A stretch of DNA of 64,000 nucleotides from Nitrospirota bacterium (GCA_963740085.1 CAVUCU010000007.1:192001-256000), one strand, 5' to 3'; shown: positions 29,936 through 40,570, counted from the stretch's first letter. Translations and numbers: made by a program. Notes: generated by a model from the letters alone, not told the origin.

Positions 29936-31270
29936 TCACAACGTCTGTTTCAATTTAATTTCGAAACGGAATTTCACCTTGTTGTCCACTCCCATGCGCG
30001 TGTCCAGCACGGCTACCTCGGCAAACAGCGGCGACTTCTGGAGCTCGGCCTTCATCTTGTCCATGGAATCGAAAGACGCCGCCTCGCCCTGGAGCTTCAG
30101 CCGGTCCCCTTCCATGTTGAACTCCTGAAAGCTCACCCGGACCTCCTTGGGGATCCCCTCGGTCACCGCCTTCATTACGTCGAGCGCCGACATCCCCGTG
30201 CCGAGCACACCGAACTTCTTTTTTGCTTCGTCAAGCCTGGTGCGAAGCTGCCGCACGGGGTCGACAATGACCTTGGCGTCAGGAAAGGTCTGACGGTATA
30301 TCGCGTTGATCTCGCGATCAAGCTTCCCGTAGCTAGACTCGACGAGGTACGACTTTACTCCGATGTTCGCCGCGACAAGCGCCACCGCAATAACGCCGGC
30401 GATAATAAGGGTGCGTTTTCTCTTGCGTATGCCTATGTCGACCATGCGATACGCGAACTCCCCCTTGCGGAAGTTGGTTTGCTCGGACAACGCGAGCCCG
30501 AGACTCACCGGGTCGTCGGCCTTCTTCCCCCTGAACTCAGGTGTAACATACTCCACGGCAACTCCGAGGTCGGCAAGCGATGCACTCAAACGGTCGTTCG
30601 GGGACAACAGGTATGCCTTCTCCACCCGCTCGCCGCCGTCGCCTTCGATCGCCTTCAGCGTGTGGTCGATCGCCGCGGTGGGTTGAACGCTCGAAAAGCT
30701 CCTGCAGGCGGTTATCGAACTTCCTGACTTCGTGCAAAGGTCGCTGCCGTCGATCAGGACAGCACTTCCCTCCACGGGGACCATCTTCGAAACAAAATAG
30801 AGGCCGATATAGGAAGGTACAATGACCTGCGGATCAATACCGGCCGAGGCAAGAAGATCGAGGTGCCGTCGCAGTACCGACTTGGGCAGCAGCATGCCAA
30901 GCACCGATGCCTCTGTCTTTTTATCGGCATTTTTTCCCGCCTTGTCCAGGATAAAGTGATCGATCTCTACATCGTCAAGAGGAAAGGGCAGGCTGTCCTC
31001 GATCTCGAAGGGCAGGGCCTTTTCAATGCGTTTGCGGTCGACGAAGGGGAAGTGGACGATACGCTGGCTGAAATGGCGGCCGGGGATCGAAGAGACGATC
31101 CGGGCGCCTGCCCATTCCGCGGACTTCTCTTTCAGGATATCTACCAGTTCCGCATCGGTGGCAAAGGCGCGGTTGAAAGAGTCTATGAACTCTGTTTTTT
31201 GACGCAGGCCGGTCACGACGACCGACACGGCCACCCGTCCTTGATCGATGTTCAGCCCGACGATCTTCAC
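29936..31270 (-). CDS. gspL: Type II secretion protein L
   Basis: Actin-like cytoplasmic domain (LPFEIED), TM, PilN-like periplasmic domain. Confidence 0.82.
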   Translation of the reverse strand: MKIVGLNIDQGRVAVSVVVTGLRQKTEFIDSFNRAFATDAELVDILKEKSAEWAGARIVSSIPGRHFSQRIVHFPFVDRKRIEKALPFEIEDSLPFPLDDVEIDHFILDKAGKNADKKTEASVLGMLLPKSVLRRHLDLLASAGIDPQVIVPSYIGLYFVSKMVPVEGSAVLIDGSDLCTKSGSSITACRSFSSVQPTAAIDHTLKAIEGDGGERVEKAYLLSPNDRLSASLADLGVAVEYVTPEFRGKKADDPVSLGLALSEQTNFRKGEFAYRMVDIGIRKRKRTLIIAGVIAVALVAANIGVKSYLVESSYGKLDREINAIYRQTFPDAKVIVDPVRQLRTRLDEAKKKFGVLGTGMSALDVMKAVTEGIPKEVRVSFQEFNMEGDRLKLQGEAASFDSMDKMKAELQKSPLFAEVAVLDTRMGVDNKVKFRFEIKLKQTL

Positions 31271-32163
31271 AACGCTCTCCAGTAATTTACGGTAAATCCT
31301 GAATTTGACCGCGTAATAACAGCCTCGACCTGTTTTGTATATCCTCCCACGGTTGCGTAGGAATACACCTTGAAAACATTGCTCGTTTCAGTCAAAAAAT
31401 TTGCAACCTGCAAGGTCGTGGACGGCAAAAAAGTGCTGTTGATACCGGGGAAGTCGCTGACCTTCGCGTGGTCGGTAAAGGGCGCTTTCTTTCGCTCTTC
31501 GATGATCAAGCCCGCCGCTCCTGAGTTTATCCCAAGGCTTTGCAGCACTTCCGCGGACGCGGTATTGATGTCAATCCTATCCACCTGGCTGGTTGTCACA
31601 AAATCTTTCACTTTGTTGTAATCTTCATCGCTCATGTATTGATGCAAACCCGTCAACAACCCGATATTCTTTATTCCGCTGGTATTCTGGGTCATGTTAT
31701 CGAGAACGACGCGGTCAATGCCATTATTCTCAAAAAGGGCGCTCAGCATGGCCTGCCTGTATGGGTTCGTCTGCATATCGGTGATCCTTATCTTCCCCGC
31801 TTCATCGTCCCACTTTACCCTGAGTTCCACATCGTTTCCCGGCAAAAAAGGGACTGGCTGCCATTCCTGTTGTTCGAGATTGTCATAGATACTGGCCGTT
31901 CCCGTCACACCAGAACTGAGGTTGGCGGCGAGAAATCTTCCAACGAAATTTACGCCCGAGCGCGCAAGGTAGTAGGCGCGCTGGCTATTGCGAAAATTGA
32001 CAGCCGCGCGAAGACTAATCCTCGTACCATAGGCAAATTCAAAGATAAGCGCGATCAGGAGCGCCGTCACCAGGAGTACGATGATCAGCGCAACGCCGCG
32101 ATCGCCCTTGAGAACTGCAGAATCTTTTGCTTCATGAGTCATAAGAGGCTTCACCGTCGACAC
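31267..32163 (-). CDS. gspK: Minor pseudopilin GspK
   Basis: RGVALIIVL, QRAYYLARSG, DEAGKI, IDINTAS. Confidence 0.85.
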   Translation of the reverse strand: MSTVKPLMTHEAKDSAVLKGDRGVALIIVLLVTALLIALIFEFAYGTRISLRAAVNFRNSQRAYYLARSGVNFVGRFLAANLSSGVTGTASIYDNLEQQEWQPVPFLPGNDVELRVKWDDEAGKIRITDMQTNPYRQAMLSALFENNGIDRVVLDNMTQNTSGIKNIGLLTGLHQYMSDEDYNKVKDFVTTSQVDRIDINTASAEVLQSLGINSGAAGLIIEERKKAPFTDHAKVSDFPGINSTFLPSTTLQVANFLTETSNVFKVYSYATVGGYTKQVEAVITRSNSGFTVNYWRAL

Positions 32164-32166
32164 CGG

Positions 32167-32898
32167 TCATTGCCCAAGAGCGGCAGATCCCACTTCGACC
32201 TTCGTACTATAGAGAGAATCATCATCGAGCACAAGCGTGATCTCCACCGCCTTCGGGAGCTGCAGCGATCGCTGGGAAATGTTGTCCCAGTCGTCGCTCC
32301 ACGCTAACCCGTTAAAATACCTCAGCCGCAGACTTTTGATCCGCTCCGTAAGAGCATAATCCATGCCGCCCTCGAGCGGAGTATTCTCCATGCCGAACTC
32401 CCGTTTTTCCATCCGGATCAGCATAGTGCCGTTCTTTTCAGGTGTTTCCTCGAACCGGTAGCCCACCTCCCACAGATCGGTCTCTTTTGAATTTGGTTTG
32501 CGCCAGTTCGTCAGCGTCGTAAGGGCTATCGTATCGAACCGGGGAGCATCCAGTCCCGCGCTGGACTTCTTGCCGTAAAAAAAAGTTTCCTTCATGGACT
32601 GGTCGTAATAGGCATTCGAAATATCGTTCGAAAGCTTCGTCAGCAAGGTACGGGCGAGGTCCCCCGCGTCCCTTCTCGCCTCAGCCTGCGCCACGCCCCT
32701 GCTGGCCGTGGAAAAACTTGCATAGATCACGGTCACGATTCCCGACATGATCGCCACCGCGATAAGAACTTCGAGAAGCGTGAAGCCCTTCGACTTACTA
32801 TCACTGCTGTTTTTTGTTCTTGCTGTTCTGAACTCCGAACTCAGAACGGAGCCTGCCCTCGAATGTTTCAAGCGGGGGAACTCCGGACAGTTATTCAT
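32167..32898 (-). CDS. gspJ: Minor pseudopilin GspJ
   Basis: GFTLLEVLIA prepilin site, LPKAVEI. Confidence 0.85.
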   Translation of the reverse strand: MNNCPEFPRLKHSRAGSVLSSEFRTARTKNSSDSKSKGFTLLEVLIAVAIMSGIVTVIYASFSTASRGVAQAEARRDAGDLARTLLTKLSNDISNAYYDQSMKETFFYGKKSSAGLDAPRFDTIALTTLTNWRKPNSKETDLWEVGYRFEETPEKNGTMLIRMEKREFGMENTPLEGGMDYALTERIKSLRLRYFNGLAWSDDWDNISQRSLQLPKAVEITLVLDDDSLYSTKVEVGSAALGQ

Positions 32899-33292
32899 AG
32901 TCCACCAGCTCCACCAGCTCCGTGCGCGTACCTTCCTTCCACAGGACCGCAATACGGATCTCGGTGATAAACACCGTGCTGAAAAGGGGGATCTGTGAAA
33001 GGGTCTTCTTCCAGGTGTAGTCTTTAAAGTTGTCCTCGTCCTTAAAGTCCCCGGCTTCCTCAACCGGCTGCCTGTTCTTGGACACGATCACGTCCACCAT
33101 CATGCGTTTTGCAAGCAGGGTCGCGGTAGTAATATGTTCCGCCTGCGCAACATCCTGCATGGTCCTGCTCTGGAGTCCCAGGAGGATCACCAGCACCGTG
33201 GCCATGATCGACACGGCAACCATCACCTCGAGAAGGGTGAACCCGCTGTTTGTAAACTTGACCGTTGCCCCTTGACCCCTGACCCTGGTCAT
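32891..33292 (-). CDS. gspI: Minor pseudopilin GspI
   Basis: GFTLLEVMVA. Confidence 0.85.
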   Translation of the reverse strand: MTRVRGQGATVKFTNSGFTLLEVMVAVSIMATVLVILLGLQSRTMQDVAQAEHITTATLLAKRMMVDVIVSKNRQPVEEAGDFKDEDNFKDYTWKKTLSQIPLFSTVFITEIRIAVLWKEGTRTELVELVDYE

Positions 33293-33849
33293 TTCCCCTC
33301 CACATATCCTTCGTGGAGTTCGGTGTCTCCGGAAAGCGGCTTCACGAGAAGCGTGAAATCCCGGCCTGATCCATCCCGCAGATAAATAAAAGCCTGTTCA
33401 ACCCACCCGTCGGGAGTGAACTGGATGTAGGGATCATCAGGATGGCTGCTTACCCGTACGTCCCGAAACGTCGTCTGGCCGGAGAGGCTTCCCTCGGATG
33501 CGATCTCTGAAGAGAAGCGTTTGAATTCCACGGTCTGATCGTTCACCGGAGTCATGACCTCGGTCCAGTAGCGCCCCTCGTGGACATCGAATCTGAGACG
33601 GAATACCGCCTTCCGCGCCTGGGACTCGTCTTTCAGAAATCGTATCATGCCCGTCAGATGTCTGGCGCTGCGCTTCAGATTCGCCTCGCCGAGTTCGCCC
33701 AGACGGGGAATGATCAGCGTAAGCATGACCCCAAGGATCACGATGATAACCGTGAGCTCGATAAGCGTGAAGCCTTTTGAATTCGGATATGCGTGAAGAT
33801 CTGCACGCTGTTCAACGCCAGGCTCCGAACTCCGACCTCCAAACTTCAT
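33289..33849 (-). CDS. gspH: Minor pseudopilin GspH
   Basis: GFTLIEL, IQFTPDG. Confidence 0.85.
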   Translation of the reverse strand: MKFGGRSSEPGVEQRADLHAYPNSKGFTLIELTVIIVILGVMLTLIIPRLGELGEANLKRSARHLTGMIRFLKDESQARKAVFRLRFDVHEGRYWTEVMTPVNDQTVEFKRFSSEIASEGSLSGQTTFRDVRVSSHPDDPYIQFTPDGWVEQAFIYLRDGSGRDFTLLVKPLSGDTELHEGYVEGK

Positions 33850-34286
33850 TGCATCTTCCAGCTTTCAATGTCCGCGTTGTTGCCTTCACCGCCGGGCTCG
33901 TTGTCGGCGCCGTATGAAATGATCTCGTACTCCCTGTTCTCGCTTCCAGGAGAGATGTAGACATAATCCTTGCCCCAGGGGTCTTTCGGGATGCGCGCAG
34001 GCTTGAGATACCCGCCTTCCCGCCACTTCGTTGGAATACGTCCGACCGTGGGCATTGTGATCAGCGCTTCAAGCCCCTGCTCTGTCCCCGGGTAGAACCC
34101 GTTATCGAGCTTGAACGCATCGAGCGCGCCCTCCAGTGACCGGATCTGCGTTTTCGCAACCTCAACCTTCGCTTTTTCCTCCTGCCCGAGAAACTTCGGC
34201 AGCACCAGGCCTGCTAACAGCCCGAGGATAATGATAACGACCATGATCTCGATGAGGGTGAAGCCTTTGAATTTATTTTTTTTCAT
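33846..34286 (-). CDS. gspG: Major pseudopilin GspG
   Basis: GFTLIEIMVV, YPGTEQGLEAL, KDPWG, SYGAD. Confidence 0.95.
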   Translation of the reverse strand: MKKNKFKGFTLIEIMVVIIILGLLAGLVLPKFLGQEEKAKVEVAKTQIRSLEGALDAFKLDNGFYPGTEQGLEALITMPTVGRIPTKWREGGYLKPARIPKDPWGKDYVYISPGSENREYEIISYGADNEPGGEGNNADIESWKMQ

Positions 34287-34363
34287 AGCAACTCCTTTTA
34301 AGCCCATATTCGCTGCCCGGCAAGAGATATTGTTCTGACCCCTGACTCCGTATGCTCTCCGTA

Positions 34364-35584
34364 TCACTGCACTCCCGAGCTCATCTCGAGCATCGGCAGC
34401 ATGATAGCGATCACCACAAAACCGATGACCAGGCCCATGGCAAGGATGATCACCGGCTCCAGGAGCGCCATAAGTCCGGTAAGTTTCGTTTCGACGGTCC
34501 GGTCGAAGGAGTCCGATATCTTGAGCAGCATCTTCTCGAGCTCACCGCTCTTTTCTCCCACGGCCACCATCTGCACCACCACCGGAGGAAACAGGCCGCT
34601 CCTGCGGAGCGGATCGGCGATGGGCTCGCCTTCACGCACGTTCTCGCGCGCCTTCACCACCGCGTTCGCGAGCACCGAGTTGCCGATCACGTTCCTGACG
34701 ATATCGAGGGCTGCGAGCGTGGGAACGCCGCTCTGGAGCAGCGTACCCAGCGTGCGCGTGAACCGTGAAACGGCGATCATGCGGATGAGCGACCCAAAGA
34801 CCGGCAGCCGGAGCAGCCGCGCATCGATATTTTCCTTCCCTGCCTGTGTCCGCGCGTACCGCCTGATGAAGTAGGCCCCGCCGGCCAGCGCGAGCAGAAG
34901 CGCCCACCAGAAGGTTGAGAGGAACCTTACCACGGCAAGGAGCATAAGGGTGATAAAGGGAAGCTGCTGCTTCATGTCCTGGAACATGCCGATGATACGG
35001 GGCATGACAAAGCTGAAGATGAAGAGAAGCATGCCAAGGCCGATGATCGACATGAACGCCGGGTACGCGAGCGCAGCGGCGATCTTGCCGCGAAATCTGA
35101 TCTGTTCGTCAAGAAAGTCTGCAAGCCGGTCAAGCGTGATCTCGAGGGTCCCGCTTGCCTCGCCCGCTGAGACCATGTTGATGTAGAGCGGGGAAAAGAC
35201 CTTCGGGTTTTCCTTGAGCGCATCAGCCAGCGACGCGCCCTCGCGCACCCCGTCACGCACCGAAGAAAGCGCTCCTCTCAGGCTGACATTCTCCTCCTGC
35301 TCCACGAGAACGGTGAGTGAATCCATAAGGGGAAGGCCGGACGACAGGAGCGTCGAAAGCTGGCGGGTCGCATTCGCCACATCGGCGAGCCGCACCCTGC
35401 TCCCGAACCTGAAAGACAGGGTCTCGCGCCGGGCCGCTCGCGTGGAAGCCCCCTCGCGGATCTCAAGGACGATGACCCCTTCTTTCTTGAGTTTCGACTT
35501 GACAGCCTTGAGGCCTTCACCGTCCTGAACGCCGGAAACGTTCCTGCCGCCGCTCGTGACGCCTTTATATTCGTAAACCGGCAT
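34364..35584 (-). CDS. gspF: T2SS inner-membrane platform protein F
   Basis: AGEASG, ALAYP, VGEKSGEL, LEP. Confidence 0.93.
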   Translation of the reverse strand: MPVYEYKGVTSGGRNVSGVQDGEGLKAVKSKLKKEGVIVLEIREGASTRAARRETLSFRFGSRVRLADVANATRQLSTLLSSGLPLMDSLTVLVEQEENVSLRGALSSVRDGVREGASLADALKENPKVFSPLYINMVSAGEASGTLEITLDRLADFLDEQIRFRGKIAAALAYPAFMSIIGLGMLLFIFSFVMPRIIGMFQDMKQQLPFITLMLLAVVRFLSTFWWALLLALAGGAYFIRRYARTQAGKENIDARLLRLPVFGSLIRMIAVSRFTRTLGTLLQSGVPTLAALDIVRNVIGNSVLANAVVKARENVREGEPIADPLRRSGLFPPVVVQMVAVGEKSGELEKMLLKISDSFDRTVETKLTGLMALLEPVIILAMGLVIGFVVIAIMLPMLEMSSGVQ

Positions 35585-35615
35585 GAATTAAAATACCGTA
35601 GACAGCAGTCAGAAT

Positions 35616-37370
35616 TCAAAGGGCGGAAGAACGGCCCTGCTCCCGGTTCCCGGATCCTGACTCCTGACTTCTGCCTTTCTCAGACCTGTTTCTGCGCTGT
35701 GTCACTCGCACCACTTCATCAACCGAGGTGATCCCCGCGAGCACCTTGTCTGCGCCGTCCTGCCGGAGCGTGTGCATGCCTTTTTCCACGGCCAGCGCTT
35801 TCAACATGGCCGCGTCTGCGTTCTTCATGATGAGCTGCCGGACCTCGTCGTCCACGCTCAAAAGCTCGTAGATCGCGCTCCTGCCGAGGTAGCCGGTCTG
35901 GAAGCATGCCGGGCAGGCTTTCGCCCGGTACACGGTCGCGCCGGCTGCATCGGTCTTGAGCTCAAGCTCTGCTGTCTCGGCGGGCGTGATCGGGTAGGGC
36001 TCCCGGCATTCCGTGCAGAGAACCCTCACAAGCCGCTGCGCCAGGATTGCCATGACCGATGACGAAATGAGGAACGGTTCGACCTTCATGTCGATCAATC
36101 TTGTCACGGCTCCCGCCGAGTCGTTCGTGTGAAGCGTGGAGAACACGAGGTGCCCGGTAAGCGCCGCCTGGATCGCGATCTCGGCGGTCTCCGAGTCCCG
36201 GATCTCGCCCACCAGGATCACGTCCGGGTCCTGCCGGAGAACGGAGCGAAGCCCGGCGGCAAAGCTCAGATGGATCTTCGCGTTCACCTGTATCTGGCCG
36301 ATTCCCTTGAGCTGGTATTCGATGGGATCCTCTATCGTTATGATGTTCTTGTCGGGAGAGTTGATCTTCGAGAGCGCGGCGTAAAGGGTCGTGGTCTTTC
36401 CACTGCCCGTGGGGCCGGTCACCAGAATGATCCCGTGGGGCCGGGTGATGTGTTCATTGAACCGGGTGAGCGTATCGCCGGAGAACCCGATCTGATCGAG
36501 CGGCAGGAGCGCGCTCTCGCGGTAAAGGAGGCGCAGCACAATGCGTTCGCCGAAGGCGGTGGGCACGATCGAGACACGGATGTCCACGTCCTTGCCGCCG
36601 ATCTTGATCCGCATGCCGCCGTCCTGCGGCAGCCGCTTCTCGGCAATGTTCAGGTCAGCCATGATCTTGACGCGCGATGCGATGCTGGATTGAAAACGCT
36701 TCTGGATCGTCAATATGTTGTAGAGAATGCCGTCAATGCGAAACCGGGCGACCATCTCCTTCTCAAAGGGCTCGATGTGGATATCGCTCGCGCGTTCCCG
36801 GATCGCCTGGGACAGCAGCGAGTTCACCAGCCGGATGATCGGTGCGTCATCGGTTGCCTCGAGCAGGTCCGTGGGCTCGTCAAGCTCCGCCGCGAGAAAT
36901 GTCAGGTCCTCTTCCTCCATCTCCTGCACGGTGTCCTCGGCGCGGTTCATGTCCTCACTGTGCAGTCGATTGACCGTGTCAAGGATGAGTTCGGAGGGGG
37001 ATAGACAGAGGGAAATATCCGTGTTGAACAGGATCCGGAGGTCGTCGATCGTGGAAAGCGCAAGCGGTTCGGAGGTGGCCACGAGAACGCTGCCGTTCTC
37101 GCGCCGGAGCGGGATCGCGATCGCTTTTTTTGCATAGGTGATCGGCAGCTTGAGCGCAAGTTCACGGTCGATCTCGCCAAGGCCTGCCTGGAACGGCAGG
37201 CCGAGCTGCTCGCCGAGCGCCGTGAGCACCTCGGCCTCGGTCACGAAGTTGAGACGGACGAGCAGTGTTCCGATCCGGCCTCCCCGTTTCATTTGAAGGT
37301 CGAGCGTCTTTTTGAGCCGTTCAGCTGAAAGCCCGGACTCAACGAGTATCTCGCCGAGCAGGCGTCTCAC
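35616..37370 (-). CDS. gspE: T2SS ATPase E
   Basis: GPTGSGKTTT, TIEDPIE, LRQDPD..GEIRD, STLHTN, CxxC pairs. Confidence 0.95.
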   Translation of the reverse strand: MRRLLGEILVESGLSAERLKKTLDLQMKRGGRIGTLLVRLNFVTEAEVLTALGEQLGLPFQAGLGEIDRELALKLPITYAKKAIAIPLRRENGSVLVATSEPLALSTIDDLRILFNTDISLCLSPSELILDTVNRLHSEDMNRAEDTVQEMEEEDLTFLAAELDEPTDLLEATDDAPIIRLVNSLLSQAIRERASDIHIEPFEKEMVARFRIDGILYNILTIQKRFQSSIASRVKIMADLNIAEKRLPQDGGMRIKIGGKDVDIRVSIVPTAFGERIVLRLLYRESALLPLDQIGFSGDTLTRFNEHITRPHGIILVTGPTGSGKTTTLYAALSKINSPDKNIITIEDPIEYQLKGIGQIQVNAKIHLSFAAGLRSVLRQDPDVILVGEIRDSETAEIAIQAALTGHLVFSTLHTNDSAGAVTRLIDMKVEPFLISSSVMAILAQRLVRVLCTECREPYPITPAETAELELKTDAAGATVYRAKACPACFQTGYLGRSAIYELLSVDDEVRQLIMKNADAAMLKALAVEKGMHTLRQDGADKVLAGITSVDEVVRVTQRRNRSEKGRSQESGSGNREQGRSSAL

Positions 37371-39577
37371 CGGCCGGCCTCTGCGGGCGCGGCCGGCGCG
37401 GATAACACGGTTGTTGTTGGAGCGCTCTCCACTCCCTCCGCGGCCGGCGCGGATAATACGGTTGTTGTTGGAGCACTCTCCACTGCCCCCGAGGCCGGGG
37501 TGGATGATTCCGTTGTTGTTGGAGCGCTCTCCACTGCCCCCGAGGCCGGCGCGGATAACACGGTTGTTGTTGGAGCGCTCTCCACTCCCTCCGCGGCCGG
37601 TGTGGATGATGTGGTTGCTGTTGGAACGCTCTCCACTGCCCCCGCAGCCGGCGCAGAGGGGGTCTGATCGCTCTCGTTCTCCCCGGCGGTGCCGGTGTCC
37701 GCGGACTTCATTGACGGCTCCACGCTCCCGGTTTTGTCCAGCGGCTTCAGCATCGGTTGCAGGGATTCACTTTTTTTCTCCATGCGGTATTCCTGACGCC
37801 ACTTTTCCATTGCATCATTCTTCTGCCTTGCCAGATCGCTGGCTTCGTCTTCATTGTTGATGATATAGGGAGTAATGAAGATCATGAGGTTCGTCTTATC
37901 GATGCTGGTTGTTTTAGACTTGAAGAGCCAACCGAGGAGAGGAATGTCGCCAAGGAACGGCACCTTTGAAGTCGAGGAGGTGACGTTGTCGCGGATCAGG
38001 CCGCCGATCACCATGGTCTGGCGGTCTTTCACCACAACAGCGGTGGTCGCGGATCGCTTGCTGGTCGTTGGTCCGGCCACATTCGTCAAGGTGGATGCGA
38101 TCACATCGGAAATTTCCTGATTGACCTCAAGGCGGACATTATCAGAGGAGGCGATCTGCGGCGTTATCGACAACTTGATGCCGACGTCCTGCCGGGTAAC
38201 TGTATTAAAAAGTGACTGGCTGCCTGTTATCGCGTTCTGCGTCTGGCCGGTAATAAAAGGGACGTTCTGACCTACCATGATCTCGGCCTTTTGATTGTCC
38301 ATGGTGAGAATGTTCGGCGTCGAGAGCACGTTTACGTCGCCGTCAATCTGGAGCGCGTGAAGAAGCGCGCCCACACTCAGGAATTGTTTGCCCTGGAAAG
38401 TGAAGGTACCCTTGATCGCGCCTACCGCAAGGCCGCTCATCTGGGCAAGTGCGGCCGGTCCGTTTGCAATGACGTTGCCGATGTTGCCGAAATTGGTTCC
38501 CCCCACAACGGCCGATGTCGCACCTTCATTCAAGCTGCTGGTTTTTATCGGCACCTCAAACTCGAACCCCAGATCACTCATCTTTGACAGACTCAGCTCG
38601 ATTATGGAGACCTCGACATATACCTGGCGCCGACGGATATCGAGCTTCTGGATCACGTCCTTCACAACCTCGTAATCGCCCGGCGAGGCGACGATGATCA
38701 GCGAATTGGTGGATTTGTCCGCCGAAATATTGACGGCACTTTCCAGGATCGTGGAGGAATTCGCCGGCTGGGCAGGTCGACCCGGCTGAGGGGGTGCAGG
38801 CAGCCGCGCGACCAGCGCGGTCAACAGCTTGGAGATATCGTCGGCGTTTGCGTTCTTAAGGTGATAGACATTGATCTTCCCTTTCCCTTCAGGCGCCGCA
38901 ACGTCAATGGCTTGGATCAGGCTCTCGATCTTTCTAATGTTGGGAACCGAGTCAGTGATAATGATCGAATTCGTGTTCGGATAGGCGATCAGGTTGCCGT
39001 CCCTGGACATCAGCGGGCTGAGGGTTTGTAGGATATCATGGGGATTGACAAATTTCATCCTGATGAGCTTGGTCACGAACCCCTCGCCCTGCATAGTTCC
39101 GTCCTGGAAAACCTTGATCCCGCTCTGCCGGGCCATGGCCGAGGGAATGATGCGGGTGACGCTACCGTCCTCCATGGTCGTGAAGCCTTTGATCTCGAGC
39201 GCAGAAAGAAACACCTGGTACGCCTCGTCCGGCGACATCTTCGTCGGCGTCATGATCGTGACCTTTCCCGCCACCTTCTCGTCGAGGATAAAGTTCCTGC
39301 GGGTAAGCTCGCTCATCACCTTGATAAGCGCGTTGATGTCGATATTCGTGAAGTTCAGGGTAACGTAATCGTCAGTGGACTTGCTCTTCCTGAGATGAAC
39401 CTTTTCGGCGGGAGCGGCGGATGCAGTCGGTGCAGCGACAGGTTCGGTTACGGCCGGCACCGTCGGAGCGGGTTCGGCCGCAGGAGGTACGTCTGGATCG
39501 TTCGGCATGCTCTCAGCATATGACGCCGATGCGCTCACAAGCCCTATCACGAGCAGCAGGGCCACTAATTTTTTCAC
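37367..39577 (-). CDS. gspD: T2SS secretin D with repetitive C-terminal tail
   Basis: N domains, LDIRRRQVYVE, IGGLI, KVPFLGDIPLLGWLF. Confidence 0.95.
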   Translation of the reverse strand: MKKLVALLLVIGLVSASASYAESMPNDPDVPPAAEPAPTVPAVTEPVAAPTASAAPAEKVHLRKSKSTDDYVTLNFTNIDINALIKVMSELTRRNFILDEKVAGKVTIMTPTKMSPDEAYQVFLSALEIKGFTTMEDGSVTRIIPSAMARQSGIKVFQDGTMQGEGFVTKLIRMKFVNPHDILQTLSPLMSRDGNLIAYPNTNSIIITDSVPNIRKIESLIQAIDVAAPEGKGKINVYHLKNANADDISKLLTALVARLPAPPQPGRPAQPANSSTILESAVNISADKSTNSLIIVASPGDYEVVKDVIQKLDIRRRQVYVEVSIIELSLSKMSDLGFEFEVPIKTSSLNEGATSAVVGGTNFGNIGNVIANGPAALAQMSGLAVGAIKGTFTFQGKQFLSVGALLHALQIDGDVNVLSTPNILTMDNQKAEIMVGQNVPFITGQTQNAITGSQSLFNTVTRQDVGIKLSITPQIASSDNVRLEVNQEISDVIASTLTNVAGPTTSKRSATTAVVVKDRQTMVIGGLIRDNVTSSTSKVPFLGDIPLLGWLFKSKTTSIDKTNLMIFITPYIINNEDEASDLARQKNDAMEKWRQEYRMEKKSESLQPMLKPLDKTGSVEPSMKSADTGTAGENESDQTPSAPAAGAVESVPTATTSSTPAAEGVESAPTTTVLSAPASGAVESAPTTTESSTPASGAVESAPTTTVLSAPAAEGVESAPTTTVLSAPAAPAEAGR
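37389..37650 (-). repeat. 51-bp (17-aa) tandem repeat x5 in gspD 3' end
   Basis: Unit approx. VESAPTTTVLSAPAAEG. Confidence 0.9.
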
Positions 39578-39707
39578 TCGTTGCCTCCGTGTAAAAAAGC
39601 TTCGACACGGAGACACGGGGAAAAAGGGAACGCGGAGAAAATGGCCGCCAGTATCCTTTTCTCTCCCCGTCACCGTATCACCCGTCGCCGCGTCCGTCCT
39701 TTGCCGG

Positions 39708-40541
39708 TTATCGTATCTCGTAATTCAACGTCTGGCGAGCACCGCCCCGCAGCAGGTCGATGGAGATGAACCGCTCGGTCCTCAGGCCCTGGTAGAGCTG
39801 GAAGAACTTGGCGGGATCGTCCACTTCTTGCGAATTGACCTTCTGGATCACGTCGCCGTTCTGGAGCCCGATCTTCTCATAGATGCTGCCGGGAGCGATC
39901 TCACTGATCCGGAACCCCACGGTCTTCCCCTGCTCCATGTAGGGCAGCGCCCGCGCCTGCGTCAGGATCTGGCTCATGTTCTCGGTGCTCGCGAGCATTT
40001 CCCTCTGGTCCACCATGTACTTGCCGGCTGATAGTCTCTTGACCCCTACACCGGCGTTTGCGCCAGGCGCTTGAATGTCTACGATTTTGTCCTCGTCGGC
40101 AAGCAGGATGTCGACCGTCGATCCGTCAGGCCTCTGGAGTGTTACCTTTTCGCGCTTCACCTGGATGATCTGGGATCCGTCCGGCAGCTTCTGGTGTATC
40201 CGGTAGAATACCTGGCCGGTGCTGTCCTCGAGCACAGCGCCGGAAAAGCTCCCACCCTCTACCGTACCGATGAGCTTGTAGTTCGAGGATTCGACCGCCG
40301 GTGGTCCGCTCGACGGACCTTTGCCTTCGCCGAAGAGGCCGCGTTCCAGAATGGAGGAATAGTCGCTCAACTCCCGGCGGGGCTCCAAGACCGGCCGGTC
40401 GCGCTCCAGGGGCGTGGTGAACCTGGGCGCAGCTTCGAGACTCCGACCGATCATGGCATCCACGGTATCGGCGAGGAAGTAGGCTGATACGGTAAGGAGC
40501 GCAACGAGCACAAAAGCATATAGTGTTTTGTTTTCCTTCAT
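39708..40541 (-). CDS. gspC: T2SS protein C with PDZ domain
   Basis: TM, KLIGTV HR domain, GLQNGDVIQKVN PDZ. Confidence 0.88.
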   Translation of the reverse strand: MKENKTLYAFVLVALLTVSAYFLADTVDAMIGRSLEAAPRFTTPLERDRPVLEPRRELSDYSSILERGLFGEGKGPSSGPPAVESSNYKLIGTVEGGSFSGAVLEDSTGQVFYRIHQKLPDGSQIIQVKREKVTLQRPDGSTVDILLADEDKIVDIQAPGANAGVGVKRLSAGKYMVDQREMLASTENMSQILTQARALPYMEQGKTVGFRISEIAPGSIYEKIGLQNGDVIQKVNSQEVDDPAKFFQLYQGLRTERFISIDLLRGGARQTLNYEIR

Positions 40542-40570
40542 AAATTTACCATCACTTCTTCCAGGTGAAG

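Noticed and set aside
37389-37650. Regularly spaced repeats as a CRISPR array
   Set aside because: In-frame tandem coding units with no unique spacers and no cas genes
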